DNA from: an uncultured Acidobacteriaceae bacterium
GTDB taxonomy: Bacteria; Acidobacteriota; Terriglobia; Terriglobales; Acidobacteriaceae
Length of the DNA stretch: 64,000 nt
Direction: 5' to 3'
NCBI GenBank assembly: GCA_964403025.1
Contig: CAYOEH010000002.1
Coordinates: 341,921 to 405,920, forward strand
Part shown: positions 9,472 through 18,423 of the stretch, one piece after another
How the letters are laid out: each line of letters begins with the position of its first letter
Numbering within the stretch: position 1 is the first letter of the stretch
Position numbers and translations under genes: made by a program
Notes under the pieces: generated by a model
Database searches by the model: none
Seen by the model: the letters and a program-made list of their open reading frames with translations, nothing else
Told to the model about the DNA's origin: nothing

Positions 9472-10260
9472 ATGACTCTGGAAACGCCGCCACTTCTGGA
9501 CCTGCAGCACATCCGCGTGATGCGCGGGCAGAAAATCGCGCTCGATGACTTTAGCCTCCGCATCCGTGCCGATGAACACATCGCGATCCTCGGACCGAAC
9601 GGCTGCGGCAAGTCCACGCTGATCAAGACGATTACGCGCGAATGCTATCCGGTGGTGCAGGAAAACTCGTCGATGGCGATCCTGGGGCAGGAACGCTGGG
9701 ACGTGTTTGATCTGCGCACGCTTCTCGGCGTCGTTTCGAACGATTTGATGCTCTCCTGTACCGGAGACGCGAGCGGACGCGATGTCGTGCTGTCGGGATT
9801 CTTCAGCAGCATCAGAATCTTCCCTCACCATACAGTCGATCCCAGGCACCGGGAGTTGGCCGACGCCGCGCTGGCGCAGCTGAAAGTTTCCTATCTGGCC
9901 GACCGGCCAGTTTGTGAGATGTCTTCCGGAGAAGCGCGGCGCGTGCTGATCGCGCGGGCCCTGGTACACAATCCTCGGGCACTGTTGTTCGATGAGCCAT
10001 GCAACTCTCTCGATCTCGCAGCCCAGCAAAGTGTTCGGCAAACCATGCGAGCGTTGGCGAACTCCGGAATCGGAATTGTTCTGGTCACTCACGAACTGGG
10101 CGACATCATTCCGGAGATCGAGCGCGTCGTCCTGATGAGCCGGGGACATATTGTGGCCGATGGACCGAAAGAAAAAATTCTGCAAGCGGAGCGACTGGCG
10201 TTTGTGTTTGGAGTTCCAGTGGAGATCGCGCGGCGCGATGGTTCTTACCAGATGTGGTGA
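9472..10260 (+). CDS. stand-alone ABC-type ATPase (no permease gene adjacent)
   Basis: ORF 9340-10260. I prefer ATG 9472 because the upstream part is encoded by the REP hairpin. Walker A GPNGCGKST, signature MSSGEARR, Walker B LLFDEP. Confidence 0.8.
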   Translation: MTLETPPLLDLQHIRVMRGQKIALDDFSLRIRADEHIAILGPNGCGKSTLIKTITRECYPVVQENSSMAILGQERWDVFDLRTLLGVVSNDLMLSCTGDASGRDVVLSGFFSSIRIFPHHTVDPRHRELADAALAQLKVSYLADRPVCEMSSGEARRVLIARALVHNPRALLFDEPCNSLDLAAQQSVRQTMRALANSGIGIVLVTHELGDIIPEIERVVLMSRGHIVADGPKEKILQAERLAFVFGVPVEIARRDGSYQMW

Positions 10261-10272
10261 GGGCTGGACCTT

Positions 10273-12129
10273 TTAATCCGTGATGGGACTAGCGAAAGTC
10301 AGATTCTTCCTGGTTTCTTCCGAGGCTTTCTTTTCACTTTTGAAATCGCGCAGGGTGAGTTCCAGTCCGCCGAAATCGGGGTGGTCGTTGTGGCCGATGG
10401 TGAAGGCGATGTCGATGGCGTCGCCAGCGAGCAGCGGGGATTGCTGCAGACGCTCTGCCATGTTCCAGCCGAGAGCGTCGAAAACAGTTCTCAGTTGAGC
10501 GCTCTCATTTGATTTCAGCTTCAGCTTGATGTGCTTGTCCTTCAGGATTTTCGGTGGCGCGATTAACTGGACGTTGCGTGCCGTGAATGCCGGCTCGTGA
10601 TTTCCTGTTCCATAGGGTTCCAGCAGACTTAGCATCTGGAAAAGCGCGGGGGTGACTTCACTGAGATCCAGTTCCGCTTCGACATCGAGCACCGGATCGA
10701 AATCGGCTGTGGTCAGGCGCGTGCGGGCGAAGGCATCCACCTCGGCTCGCAGTTGCGCAACGTTGGCCGAGGGCATGGCAAAGCCGCAGGCGTGGGAGTG
10801 TCCGCCGTAGCGGGTGAAAAGACGGCTGCTGAATTCGACGGCTTCGAGGAGATGGAAGGGGCGAATGGATCGGCCGGAGCCGAAGGCTTCTTCACCATCG
10901 CTCGAAATCACAATCGCGGGCCGGTGGTAGCGCTCGACGATGCGCGTGGCGGCGATGCCGATGACGCCGCGGTGCCAGCCTTCGCCATCCACCACGATGC
11001 AGTACGCCTCGCAGAGCGCCGGGTCGCCGGCGATGCGCTCTTCGATCGACAGCAGAATGCGGCGCTCTTCCTCCTGACGCTCGGCATTCAGGCGATCGAG
11101 TTTGCCAGCCAGCAACCGGGCGCGATCTGCATCTTTCACGCTGAATAATTCAATCACATCGCGAGCAACGTCCATGCGTCCGGCGGCATTGATGCGCGGG
11201 GCGATGCGGAATGCGACTTCGGTGGAGTTGGGAGGACGCTTGGTAGAAATCTGCGCGACCTCGAGCAGCGCTTTCAGGCCGGGATTCACAGCGCGGCGCA
11301 GAGCATCGAGGCCAAGGCTGGCGAAGACACGGTTCTCGCCCGTCAGCGGGACCGCGTCGGCGATGGTCGCGATGGCAACAACTTTCATGAACGACCGCAC
11401 GAGGCGCGCATGATCTTTTTCCGGCAGCCGGCGCTGCATTAATCCTTGCGCGACTTTGAAGGCAACGCCCGCGCCGCAGAGTTGCTTGTAGGGATACTCG
11501 CATCCCGCCTGATTGGGATTGACGACGGCGCAGGCGTTAGGCACGCCATCCGGGCCGGGCAGGTGATGGTCGGTGACGATGAGATCGACGCCGAGGCGAT
11601 GCGCCGTTTCCGCGGGAGCGAAAGCGCGAATGCCCATATCGACGCTGATGATCAGTCGAATGCCGGCGGCCGCGGCGCGCTCGATCACGTCATCGCGCAT
11701 GTCATAGCCTTCGCGAATTCGATGCGGAACGTGAAATTCGGCGGTGCCGCCGCAGAGTTCGATGGCGGTCTTCAGAATGATGACGGCCATGGTGCCGTCG
11801 ACGTCGTAATCGCCGTAGATCAGGATGGGATCTTCGCGTTCGATGGCGGCGTCGAGGCGATCGACAGCGCATCGCAGGCCGGTCATCTGCTCGGGCGAAT
11901 GAAGATGATCAATGGAAGGCGTGAGAAAACGCGCGGCGGACTCGGGATCGGTCAAGCCACGGCGGATCAGCAGGCGCGCCAGCGTTTGAGCGGCATTGGT
12001 GCGTTGGGAACCGTTTGCATTTCGACCGCGGTTAAAGGGAAGTTGAGGAAGATCGCCAAGAGCGGCGGCGAGTACCTGCACCTGCGCTGGATCTGCCGCA
12101 GCCAGTTCCCAGCGGGCGTTTCCTCGCAC
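10273..12129 (-). CDS. recJ: single-stranded-DNA-specific exonuclease RecJ
   Basis: DHH-family motifs (IYGDYDVDGT, VTDHH) and a DHHA1-like region (GGHSHACGF). 618 aa with a GTG start. Confidence 0.9.
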   Translation of the reverse strand: MRGNARWELAAADPAQVQVLAAALGDLPQLPFNRGRNANGSQRTNAAQTLARLLIRRGLTDPESAARFLTPSIDHLHSPEQMTGLRCAVDRLDAAIEREDPILIYGDYDVDGTMAVIILKTAIELCGGTAEFHVPHRIREGYDMRDDVIERAAAAGIRLIISVDMGIRAFAPAETAHRLGVDLIVTDHHLPGPDGVPNACAVVNPNQAGCEYPYKQLCGAGVAFKVAQGLMQRRLPEKDHARLVRSFMKVVAIATIADAVPLTGENRVFASLGLDALRRAVNPGLKALLEVAQISTKRPPNSTEVAFRIAPRINAAGRMDVARDVIELFSVKDADRARLLAGKLDRLNAERQEEERRILLSIEERIAGDPALCEAYCIVVDGEGWHRGVIGIAATRIVERYHRPAIVISSDGEEAFGSGRSIRPFHLLEAVEFSSRLFTRYGGHSHACGFAMPSANVAQLRAEVDAFARTRLTTADFDPVLDVEAELDLSEVTPALFQMLSLLEPYGTGNHEPAFTARNVQLIAPPKILKDKHIKLKLKSNESAQLRTVFDALGWNMAERLQQSPLLAGDAIDIAFTIGHNDHPDFGGLELTLRDFKSEKKASEETRKNLTFASPITD

Positions 12130-12131
12130 GG

Positions 12132-12608
12132 TTAGGTCTCGTCGTCCTGATCCGGTTCGTCGATGGGGATGCCGCCGAAATCTTCCGACATTTCCAGCAA
12201 GCGCTGGTAGCGCTCATACCAGTCGGTGCTCACCTCGCAGAGAAACATCGATCCCTGATAGGCCCAGCCGAGCTGCAGAAATCCGATCTTGCCGGTGTGG
12301 GCGCGCAGCCAGCGTGCGTCTTCTACATCGTCGCCGTCAGAGAATTCGGAGTGCGAAAGCCGCTGCACCAGTTCGTCCAGTTCCTCGCGCTCCAGCTTCC
12401 AGGAGTGCATGGTGAGGAATGGAGCGCCCGCGCTCTTGGCCAGTTCGACAAAATCCTTCCAGGCGTCGGGATTGTCCCCGGTCTCCCACATGACGCACTG
12501 CACCTCCTCGTAGTCCACGTAGCCGTGAAAGCGGCTCATGCCATGGCCTTCGATGAAGGCAATCATGTCGTCTTTAATGATGGTCAGATCGTCTGGGGTG
12601 GGTGACAT
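12132..12608 (-). CDS. hypothetical acidic cytoplasmic protein, tightly coupled to recJ
   Basis: ORF 12132-12731 trimmed to ATG 12608 (MSPTPDDL...). Its stop lies 2 nt before the recJ GTG. I recognise no motif. The C-terminus is strongly acidic (DEPDQDDET). Confidence 0.5.
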   Translation of the reverse strand: MSPTPDDLTIIKDDMIAFIEGHGMSRFHGYVDYEEVQCVMWETGDNPDAWKDFVELAKSAGAPFLTMHSWKLEREELDELVQRLSHSEFSDGDDVEDARWLRAHTGKIGFLQLGWAYQGSMFLCEVSTDWYERYQRLLEMSEDFGGIPIDEPDQDDET

Positions 12609-12703
12609 GGTAATTCGGCTTACAACGTCTATTGTAAGCTGTCGGTCGGGGAAGGTGCCAGCGGCGAGGCTTGACTGCAAAGAAACGCCGCGCGAAGAAA
12701 CGG

Positions 12704-13210
12704 CTATGCGCTCTTCCCGAGTTCTCTCCACTTCTCATCTGCCAGGACCACGGAGGTCTCAATCTGGCGTTCGGGGATGGTCCAGTACTTCTTGAGCAGC
12801 CGATCTTTCTCCCGGGGACTCACCATTTGAAAGCCATGCTTTTCGTAGAAGCGGATCGCCCAGGCCGCATCCGCCCAGGTGCCGATCAGCACCGGGCCTC
12901 CTGTCAGCCCCCGCAAATGAAATAGCAGTTGCCCTCCGATTCCCTGCTTCTGGTTGCCGGTACGAACATAGGCGTGGCGGATTAGTGTCACGTCCTGGAC
13001 GTCTTGAATGCCCATTACGCCTGCGAGTTCTCCGGCCTCCTCGCAACCCCAGAACACAACGCCGTCATCGATCTCGTGTCGCAACTTCTCACGAGACATG
13101 TACGGTTCTGTCCAGCGATCCGCCGGGATAGTTCCTTTATAAGCCTGCGCACCGTCGTTGATGATGGTCCAGATCAGATCAAAATCGCGATCGTCACAGC
13201 GGCGAATCAT
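12704..13210 (-). CDS. GNAT family N-acetyltransferase
   Basis: 168 aa. Acetyl-CoA binding-type segment RTGNQKQGIGGQLL and C-terminal FYEKHGF. Confidence 0.85.
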   Translation of the reverse strand: MIRRCDDRDFDLIWTIINDGAQAYKGTIPADRWTEPYMSREKLRHEIDDGVVFWGCEEAGELAGVMGIQDVQDVTLIRHAYVRTGNQKQGIGGQLLFHLRGLTGGPVLIGTWADAAWAIRFYEKHGFQMVSPREKDRLLKKYWTIPERQIETSVVLADEKWRELGKSA

Positions 13211-13300
13211 GAATTACGCAGCCTCCCGGCCCGAGCATGCCGTGTTACACTCTATGGTTCATAAACAAACCCCTGCTAACACAGGACATTCTATCCGCAC

Positions 13301-13579
13301 ATGCTTCTTTCCAAGGAATATGTGGGCTACCTGGCCCGCGAAGTGACCAAGAAATTGATCGCCGGCAAGGCGATCGAAACCACCGTCGTGCCCAAGGTGA
13401 CGGAGCGCGTGCACGCGGCTCTGCTCGAGGAGCTCACGCTGGAGGACCGCATTAACGATGAGGTGCGGGTCATCCTCGAAGCCTACTCGGAAGAAATGAA
13501 CAAGACCGGGGCCAACTACCAGGAGATGTTTCGCAAGGTGAAGACCGAACTGGTGCGCAAGTACAAGGCGGTGCTGTGA
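13301..13579 (+). CDS. DUF507-like small protein
   Basis: 92 aa, MLLSKEYVGYLAREVTKKLI... I recall this pattern as DUF507. It is the first of two tandem paralogues. Confidence 0.6.
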   Translation: MLLSKEYVGYLAREVTKKLIAGKAIETTVVPKVTERVHAALLEELTLEDRINDEVRVILEAYSEEMNKTGANYQEMFRKVKTELVRKYKAVL

Positions 13580-13851
13580 GACTGAGCCGCGATAAAGTGA
13601 ACGTGCTGGCCCGGGCCGTCGCCGACGCCCTGAAAACGATGGACGAGGTGGATTTCATCGAAGACCCTAACACCATCCGGCAGCAAACCCGCACGATTCT
13701 CGAAGACCTTCTCAATCAGGAAGCCAGAATCGATCAGGCCGCCCGGCTGAAGATCGAGAGCCAGAAGCGTACCATCCTCGAAGGCTCGCAGGAATGGGAC
13801 ATTCTCTACCGCAAATACTACAACGAAGAAGTGAAAAAGCTGGGCATGTAG
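13576..13851 (+). CDS. DUF507-like small protein (second paralogue)
   Basis: 91 aa, (M/V)RLSRDKVNVLARAVADALK... Its GTG start overlaps the upstream TGA (GTGA at 13576-13579). Confidence 0.6.
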   Translation: MRLSRDKVNVLARAVADALKTMDEVDFIEDPNTIRQQTRTILEDLLNQEARIDQAARLKIESQKRTILEGSQEWDILYRKYYNEEVKKLGM

Positions 13852-14039
13852 TCGCGCCAAGCGCGACTCCGGCTTGGTAACTTACACCCGAATGGACGTT
13901 CGTAATTTGCAAGCGTATTCCCGTCGTAGTGAAATCAGTTTGCCCGCCACTTCACACTAGGCAACTTCGGTCCATCCCGGACAGAAGCACGCCTCCGCGA
14001 ACCCTCAACTCTGGCCAGCTGGAAGAAGTTGGAGCAGTC

Positions 14040-14468
14040 ATGTCTGGGCTCAGAGCGACCATTCTCTGCATTGACGACCACCTCAACGGACTCATCGGCC
14101 GAAAGATGCTGCTCGAAAACAACGGCTACCAAGTCCTGGAAGCGACCGGCGGCGACGAAGGCCTGAAGCTATTCGCCTCGCACCGGGTAGACGCCGTGGT
14201 TCTTGACTACCAAATGCCCGGGATGAACGGGGACGTGGTTGCCAAGAAGATGAAGCGCGTCAAGTCGCACGTCCCGATCATGTTGCTATCCGCCTATGGA
14301 CCATTGCCCAAGAGCAAACTCGAGGCCGTGGATACCTTCCTGTCTAAATCCCAACCGCCAACCATGCTTTTATCGACACTGCAGGATCTACTGAACACCC
14401 GACCCAAAACCTTTTTCAGCCATTGGCTCGATTCGTGGAGAAGCCGGAATCAAGGAGTAAAGCAATGA
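14040..14468 (+). CDS. single-domain response regulator (CheY-like receiver)
   Basis: ORF 13929-14468 trimmed to ATG 14040. Acidic pocket CIDDH, phospho-acceptor context VVLDYQMPGMNG, plus LLSAYG and a conserved Lys region. No output domain. Confidence 0.85.
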   Translation: MSGLRATILCIDDHLNGLIGRKMLLENNGYQVLEATGGDEGLKLFASHRVDAVVLDYQMPGMNGDVVAKKMKRVKSHVPIMLLSAYGPLPKSKLEAVDTFLSKSQPPTMLLSTLQDLLNTRPKTFFSHWLDSWRSRNQGVKQ

Positions 14469-14644
14469 ACCTACTGAAGCTGTTTCTCGGACGAGGTTGT
14501 TCGCATCGGTTTACCTGGCCTCGCATCGACGACCATGGCCGTCACTATCAGATTTGCTTGCTCTGTGGAACGGCATACGAATATGACTGGAGAATGATGC
14601 GGCGGACGGATCGGTTACTGGCGGCGGATGTACGCCACGCGTAA
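14465..14644 (+). CDS. small Cys/His-rich protein (possible zinc ribbon)
   Basis: 59 aa, MNLLKLFLGRGCSHRFTWP...HYQICLLCGTAYEYDW. Its ATG overlaps the response-regulator stop (ATGA at 14465-14468). Confidence 0.4.
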   Translation: MNLLKLFLGRGCSHRFTWPRIDDHGRHYQICLLCGTAYEYDWRMMRRTDRLLAADVRHA

Positions 14645-14709
14645 ACCGGACCGGTTCTTCCGTAACCTCCCATTTTCCGGGTATCGATCCCATACTCAGA
14701 TGAGCCCCC

Positions 14710-15087
14710 ATGCCGTATCTTCACCAGCCGCGCGCCACCCGGCGAGCCCCGCGCACCAGCTTTGCCGAAACGACTCCCGTGGTCCTGCGTTGCAAGGATG
14801 GTCGTCGCGTACCCGGCAAATTGCAGGTCATTTCTCTCTCTGGCGGCTTGCTCTGCTTGCCTCAGCCACTGGATCAGGGCTCCCAGGTGAAGGTGATGTT
14901 TCTCACCCGAAAAGGATCGGTGCTTGGCGCCGCGGAAATGCTGAGTCCGATCTCCTGGGGTACTCAGCCGTTCAAGTTCGTCAAACTCTACGATGACGAC
15001 CAGCGCAGGCTGGATGCGGCGATTCAGTTGTCGGTAGAGCAGAACCGCCTTCAGCGCGTACAGATGGATAATCCCCGGGCCTGGTGA
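14710..15087 (+). CDS. PilZ-like domain protein
   Basis: N-terminal RATRRAPR (RxxxR-type) followed by GKLQVISLSGGLLCL (xxSxxG-type), the two c-di-GMP binding elements of PilZ. The D/N position is not conserved. Confidence 0.55.
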   Translation: MPYLHQPRATRRAPRTSFAETTPVVLRCKDGRRVPGKLQVISLSGGLLCLPQPLDQGSQVKVMFLTRKGSVLGAAEMLSPISWGTQPFKFVKLYDDDQRRLDAAIQLSVEQNRLQRVQMDNPRAW

Positions 15088-15140
15088 TCGGGAGCGGGCG
15101 GCGGACGTTGGCCGCCGGCGGCAGCCTGACGCGGTTCCAC

Positions 15141-15174
15141 AAAAGAAAAAGCCCCGCGCCTTTTCGCGCGGGGC
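15141..15174 (-). terminator. intrinsic terminator (mainly for the minus-strand gene 15204-15953)
   Basis: Stem gccccgcgc (15151-15159) / gcgcggggc (15166-15174). On the minus strand it is followed by tttttctttt. It sits between convergent genes. Confidence 0.75.
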
Positions 15175-15203
15175 CCACCATTTTCGCTACTCCTCTGCCA
15201 TCT

Positions 15204-15953
15204 TTACTTAGGCGCGACGACGTAGCTTAGTTCGGGTTCGAACTTCCACATACTCCATTCCGTGCTCTCGATCAGCGACGACACCTTGGCTAGAAAGGTC
15301 TTATATTCCGCGGCGCTCATCCCTTTTTCGGTACCAATCGGTCCATCCAGATCCGCCCAGCCATTCAAGCCTAAGTAGCTGTGAATTTCATTCGAGGGCG
15401 TACCAAACCGCGCCACGGCCACTCCGTAATCGGTGGCTCCGGACTTCTTAACCGCCGGCACGATCTGATCGTGGAAGAGGGCTTTGACCTCATCCATTTT
15501 GCCGGAGACGACTTTCGTTCTGCCAACCCGCACCATCGGGGGAATTTGGTTCGAGCGAAGCATCATCTCGGGCTGCATTTCGTCGACCCAGGTGTCAAGG
15601 CTCTCGGTCACCGCGTCCAGGCGGGCAAAGAGCCTTGCCATGTCGGCTTCTACCGGCCTTAGTTTGGGATCCTGCTGATCGATGTCCTTCCACTTCTCTG
15701 AGTACCAGACCACCGCGTGTTGCGCCGGTCCACTCGCAGACGACTCCCAGACGGTGAATCCCTGTTCTGACCCTGCTTTTTTCACCGTCGCGGCATAGTC
15801 TTTTACGGCAGCTTTCCAGTTATCTTCCTGGCCCAATTTCACTTTAACGAACAGAACCGTGCGGATGTTGCCTTGTCCCCAAGCTGGTATGCAGAAGGCG
15901 GTCAATGCCATTGCAGCCAGCAAACAGCGGTGAAGCAGAAACGGTTTTTTCAT
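15204..15953 (-). CDS. secreted protein with an internal two-fold duplication
   Basis: ORF trimmed to ATG 15953 (MKKPFLLHRCLLAAMALTAFCIPAWGQ signal peptide). Two halves of about 110 aa look alike (VLFVKVKLGQEDNWKAAVKDY... and VRVGRTKVVSGKMDEVKALFHDQ...). Confidence 0.6.
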   Translation of the reverse strand: MKKPFLLHRCLLAAMALTAFCIPAWGQGNIRTVLFVKVKLGQEDNWKAAVKDYAATVKKAGSEQGFTVWESSASGPAQHAVVWYSEKWKDIDQQDPKLRPVEADMARLFARLDAVTESLDTWVDEMQPEMMLRSNQIPPMVRVGRTKVVSGKMDEVKALFHDQIVPAVKKSGATDYGVAVARFGTPSNEIHSYLGLNGWADLDGPIGTEKGMSAAEYKTFLAKVSSLIESTEWSMWKFEPELSYVVAPK

Positions 15954-16142
15954 AGGTAGGCTCCTGGCCTCTGGAAAGCGATTCGCACCTCTCGACAGCC
16001 GGAAACAATTGGGTTGTGTGGGTGCCGAGGCGGCGCAAGTATACACGTTAAAGTTGCGAGCGAAAGGTTAATTTGGAGTTCTGAAAAAGGGCTCCGCGCA
16101 TTTCCCGCGAGGCCAGAGGATCAGGAGGACCCAGCCAAAAGT

Positions 16143-16967
16143 TTATGCAGCTTCCCGGCGCTGCTGAATGGTTTCCAGGTGCTGGCGATACTTCTGCGCA
16201 TTGCCTACGATCTTGCGCTGCGCCAGGCTGTTCACCCATAAGTCGCGCGCAATGTTGCGGCGCTCGCGGCGCGTGCCAACCGTGCCCCGATTGCGGAGAT
16301 TGGTGGGGTGTTTCTCTGCCGTGGTCTGCTGCCAGCCGTTGCCCGAGGTTAGGTTGAAGGCCCCGATGTAACCGCCCGCCAGCAACTGCAACGGATTTTG
16401 AATCTTGTTCAAACGATCGAATTGGGTCGAGCTTTCGGTGTGGAAGCTCTCAAACCAAGCGGGGTAGACGAAGTCTGAAACCAAAATATTGTCGATGGAA
16501 TAGCCGAAGCTGTCGTCCTCGCAGGCATCGCAAACCTCGTAGGCGTAAAGAATTCCCGCGGTATTGTTGTTCTGCACGAACACGGTGAGATTGATGTTGG
16601 GATCGCCCAGCATCTCGAGTAATTCGTGACTAGCCGTAACCGTCCACGAAGTACCAGCTTTCAGATCGCTGGCGGCGAAGACCTTTCCGATGGGGAGGCC
16701 TTCGGTCGTGAGATCGTGGTACCCAAGAGCGTTCGCCTGGTCGGAATCGTCGAGCAGCACCAGCCACCAACTCCCGCTGGAGGGTTGCGTGCCTTTGGGA
16801 GTGATGATGAGTTCGGCGTCAGTAGCCCACACCGGGCGGAAGTCATTGGTAACCTGTTTTTGGAGGGCGGCCACGGCCGCCGTGACATCCGCGTCGGCCA
16901 GCACGGTGCTCTCGTTGATGACTGAGATCTGTATGGTGGGCGTTTGGGTGTGAGTGGTTTGCGGCAT
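16143..16967 (-). CDS. hypothetical cytoplasmic protein with SHELLEMLGDP motif
   Basis: 274 aa, no signal peptide. It contains LGYHD ... SHELLEMLGDP ... YEVCDAC. The same ordered pattern occurs in the secreted protein at 33554-34603. Confidence 0.6.
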   Translation of the reverse strand: MPQTTHTQTPTIQISVINESTVLADADVTAAVAALQKQVTNDFRPVWATDAELIITPKGTQPSSGSWWLVLLDDSDQANALGYHDLTTEGLPIGKVFAASDLKAGTSWTVTASHELLEMLGDPNINLTVFVQNNNTAGILYAYEVCDACEDDSFGYSIDNILVSDFVYPAWFESFHTESSTQFDRLNKIQNPLQLLAGGYIGAFNLTSGNGWQQTTAEKHPTNLRNRGTVGTRRERRNIARDLWVNSLAQRKIVGNAQKYRQHLETIQQRREAA

Positions 16968-17071
16968 TTAGCTTATCTCCTAGAAAACTGATTCGGAGAA
17001 CGCGCAGCTTTAAGCTGCGTGACTCTGTGGTGAAAAGCTTATACGCTGATCTTGCGCGGGCGAACAGTTTT

Positions 17072-17107
17072 GCAATTTAAAATTGCGGGGGAGTTCCAAA
17101 TTGGAAC
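17072..17107. promoter_or_regulatory. two adjacent perfect palindromes upstream of queG
   Basis: gcaatttaaaattgc (17072-17086) and gttccaaattggaac (17093-17107) lie in the divergent intergenic region, 55-90 nt before the queG ATG. Confidence 0.3.
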
Positions 17108-17161
17108 TGACGCTGCGCGACCCCGGCGCTCTCGTAATGTTCACTTATATTTTCAAGAGCC

Positions 17162-18247
17162 ATGCTCCGATCCAATGAAATCACGGCAGCCGTCACGCAA
17201 GCCGCAAAGGACGCGGGTTTTGATCTTTCGGGCATCGCGCCGGTGGACGCGTCGCCGGAGCTGGAATATTTTCCGCAGTGGATCGCCGAGGGCCGCGCCG
17301 GCGAGATGAAATATCTCGAGGGGCGCGATGAGCAAGGCCGATTGAAGCGCGCGTCTCTGGCGCACGTCGCTCCATGGGCACGCAGCGTGGTGGTTTGTGC
17401 CATCAACTACAACGCGGCGCAACCTTACTCCACGGAGGTTGCGGACCAAGCTGCGCAAGGACGCGGCTGGATTTCACGCTATGCCTGGAGCGGGCAGGAT
17501 TATCACGACTCCGTGCTCCAGCGGCTTCGCCGGGTTGAAAGCTCCGTGAGGAATGCAGCCGGCGCCAATGACGTAGTGACCCGCTGCTATGTAGACACCG
17601 GACCGATTGTGGAGCGTGTGGTCGCGAAGTACGCAGGCATCGGATGGATCGGCAAGAACACTTGCCTCATTAATCAGAAGCTCGGATCGTGGCTCTTCCT
17701 CGGCGTCATTCTTAGCTCGCTGGAACTCGCAGCCGGACTGCCCGCTCCGGATCGCTGTGGCACTTGCACTCGCTGCATTGACGCTTGCCCCACGGATGCG
17801 CTTGTCGCGCCCCACCAACTCGATTCCAACAAATGCATCGCTTATCTCACGATTGAAAAACGTGGCTCGATTGCGGAAGACTTTCGCTCCGAGATGGGCC
17901 GGCATATTTTCGGCTGCGACATTTGTCAGGATGTTTGTCCCTGGAACCGTAAAGCCCCCGCGACGGACGCGAAAGAATTTCAGCCGCGTCCGGAGTTGGT
18001 GAATCCGGCGCTTGACTGGCTGGCGGAGATAAGCGCAGAAGAATTCCGCGCCACATTTCGGGGTTCGCCGTTGAACCGGACCAAACGCACCGGCCTGCGG
18101 CGTAACGCGGTGATCGCCATGGGCAATAGCGGAGACGAAAAATTTATTCTGTTGCTCGAGCGAATGAAAAGCGATGACGACGACGCAATTTCCGAGAGTG
18201 CCACGTGGGCCCTCGATAAGCTCCGCCGGGGTGTGAAATCCGCCTGA
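17162..18247 (+). CDS. queG: tRNA epoxyqueuosine(34) reductase
   Basis: Two 4Fe-4S ferredoxin motifs (CGTCTRCIDACP, CDICQDVCPWN) and C-terminal HEAT-like repeats. 361 aa. Confidence 0.9.
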   Translation: MLRSNEITAAVTQAAKDAGFDLSGIAPVDASPELEYFPQWIAEGRAGEMKYLEGRDEQGRLKRASLAHVAPWARSVVVCAINYNAAQPYSTEVADQAAQGRGWISRYAWSGQDYHDSVLQRLRRVESSVRNAAGANDVVTRCYVDTGPIVERVVAKYAGIGWIGKNTCLINQKLGSWLFLGVILSSLELAAGLPAPDRCGTCTRCIDACPTDALVAPHQLDSNKCIAYLTIEKRGSIAEDFRSEMGRHIFGCDICQDVCPWNRKAPATDAKEFQPRPELVNPALDWLAEISAEEFRATFRGSPLNRTKRTGLRRNAVIAMGNSGDEKFILLLERMKSDDDDAISESATWALDKLRRGVKSA

Positions 18248-18423
18248 TTCAAACTTTTCCTCGCACCGCCATAATCTCGTATCTACCTATTTTTCTATGA
18301 GATACGAGACGCTTCCATTAATTCACTGTTGACCTGCTGACTTCCGTAACTCGCAACCCGCACTAGTGGCAACTAATCTTTGGACGCGGGGTTTTTATTC
18401 AGCAGTTCCTGGTTGGAACGGGT

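Noticed and set aside
13851-13867. Hairpin gtcgcgc-caa-gcgcgac after the second DUF507 gene, as a possible terminator. A similar case is the 9-bp stem at 18276-18308 after queG.
   Set aside because: Neither hairpin is followed by a U-tract, and the queG stem has a 15-nt loop. The evidence is insufficient to call intrinsic terminators.
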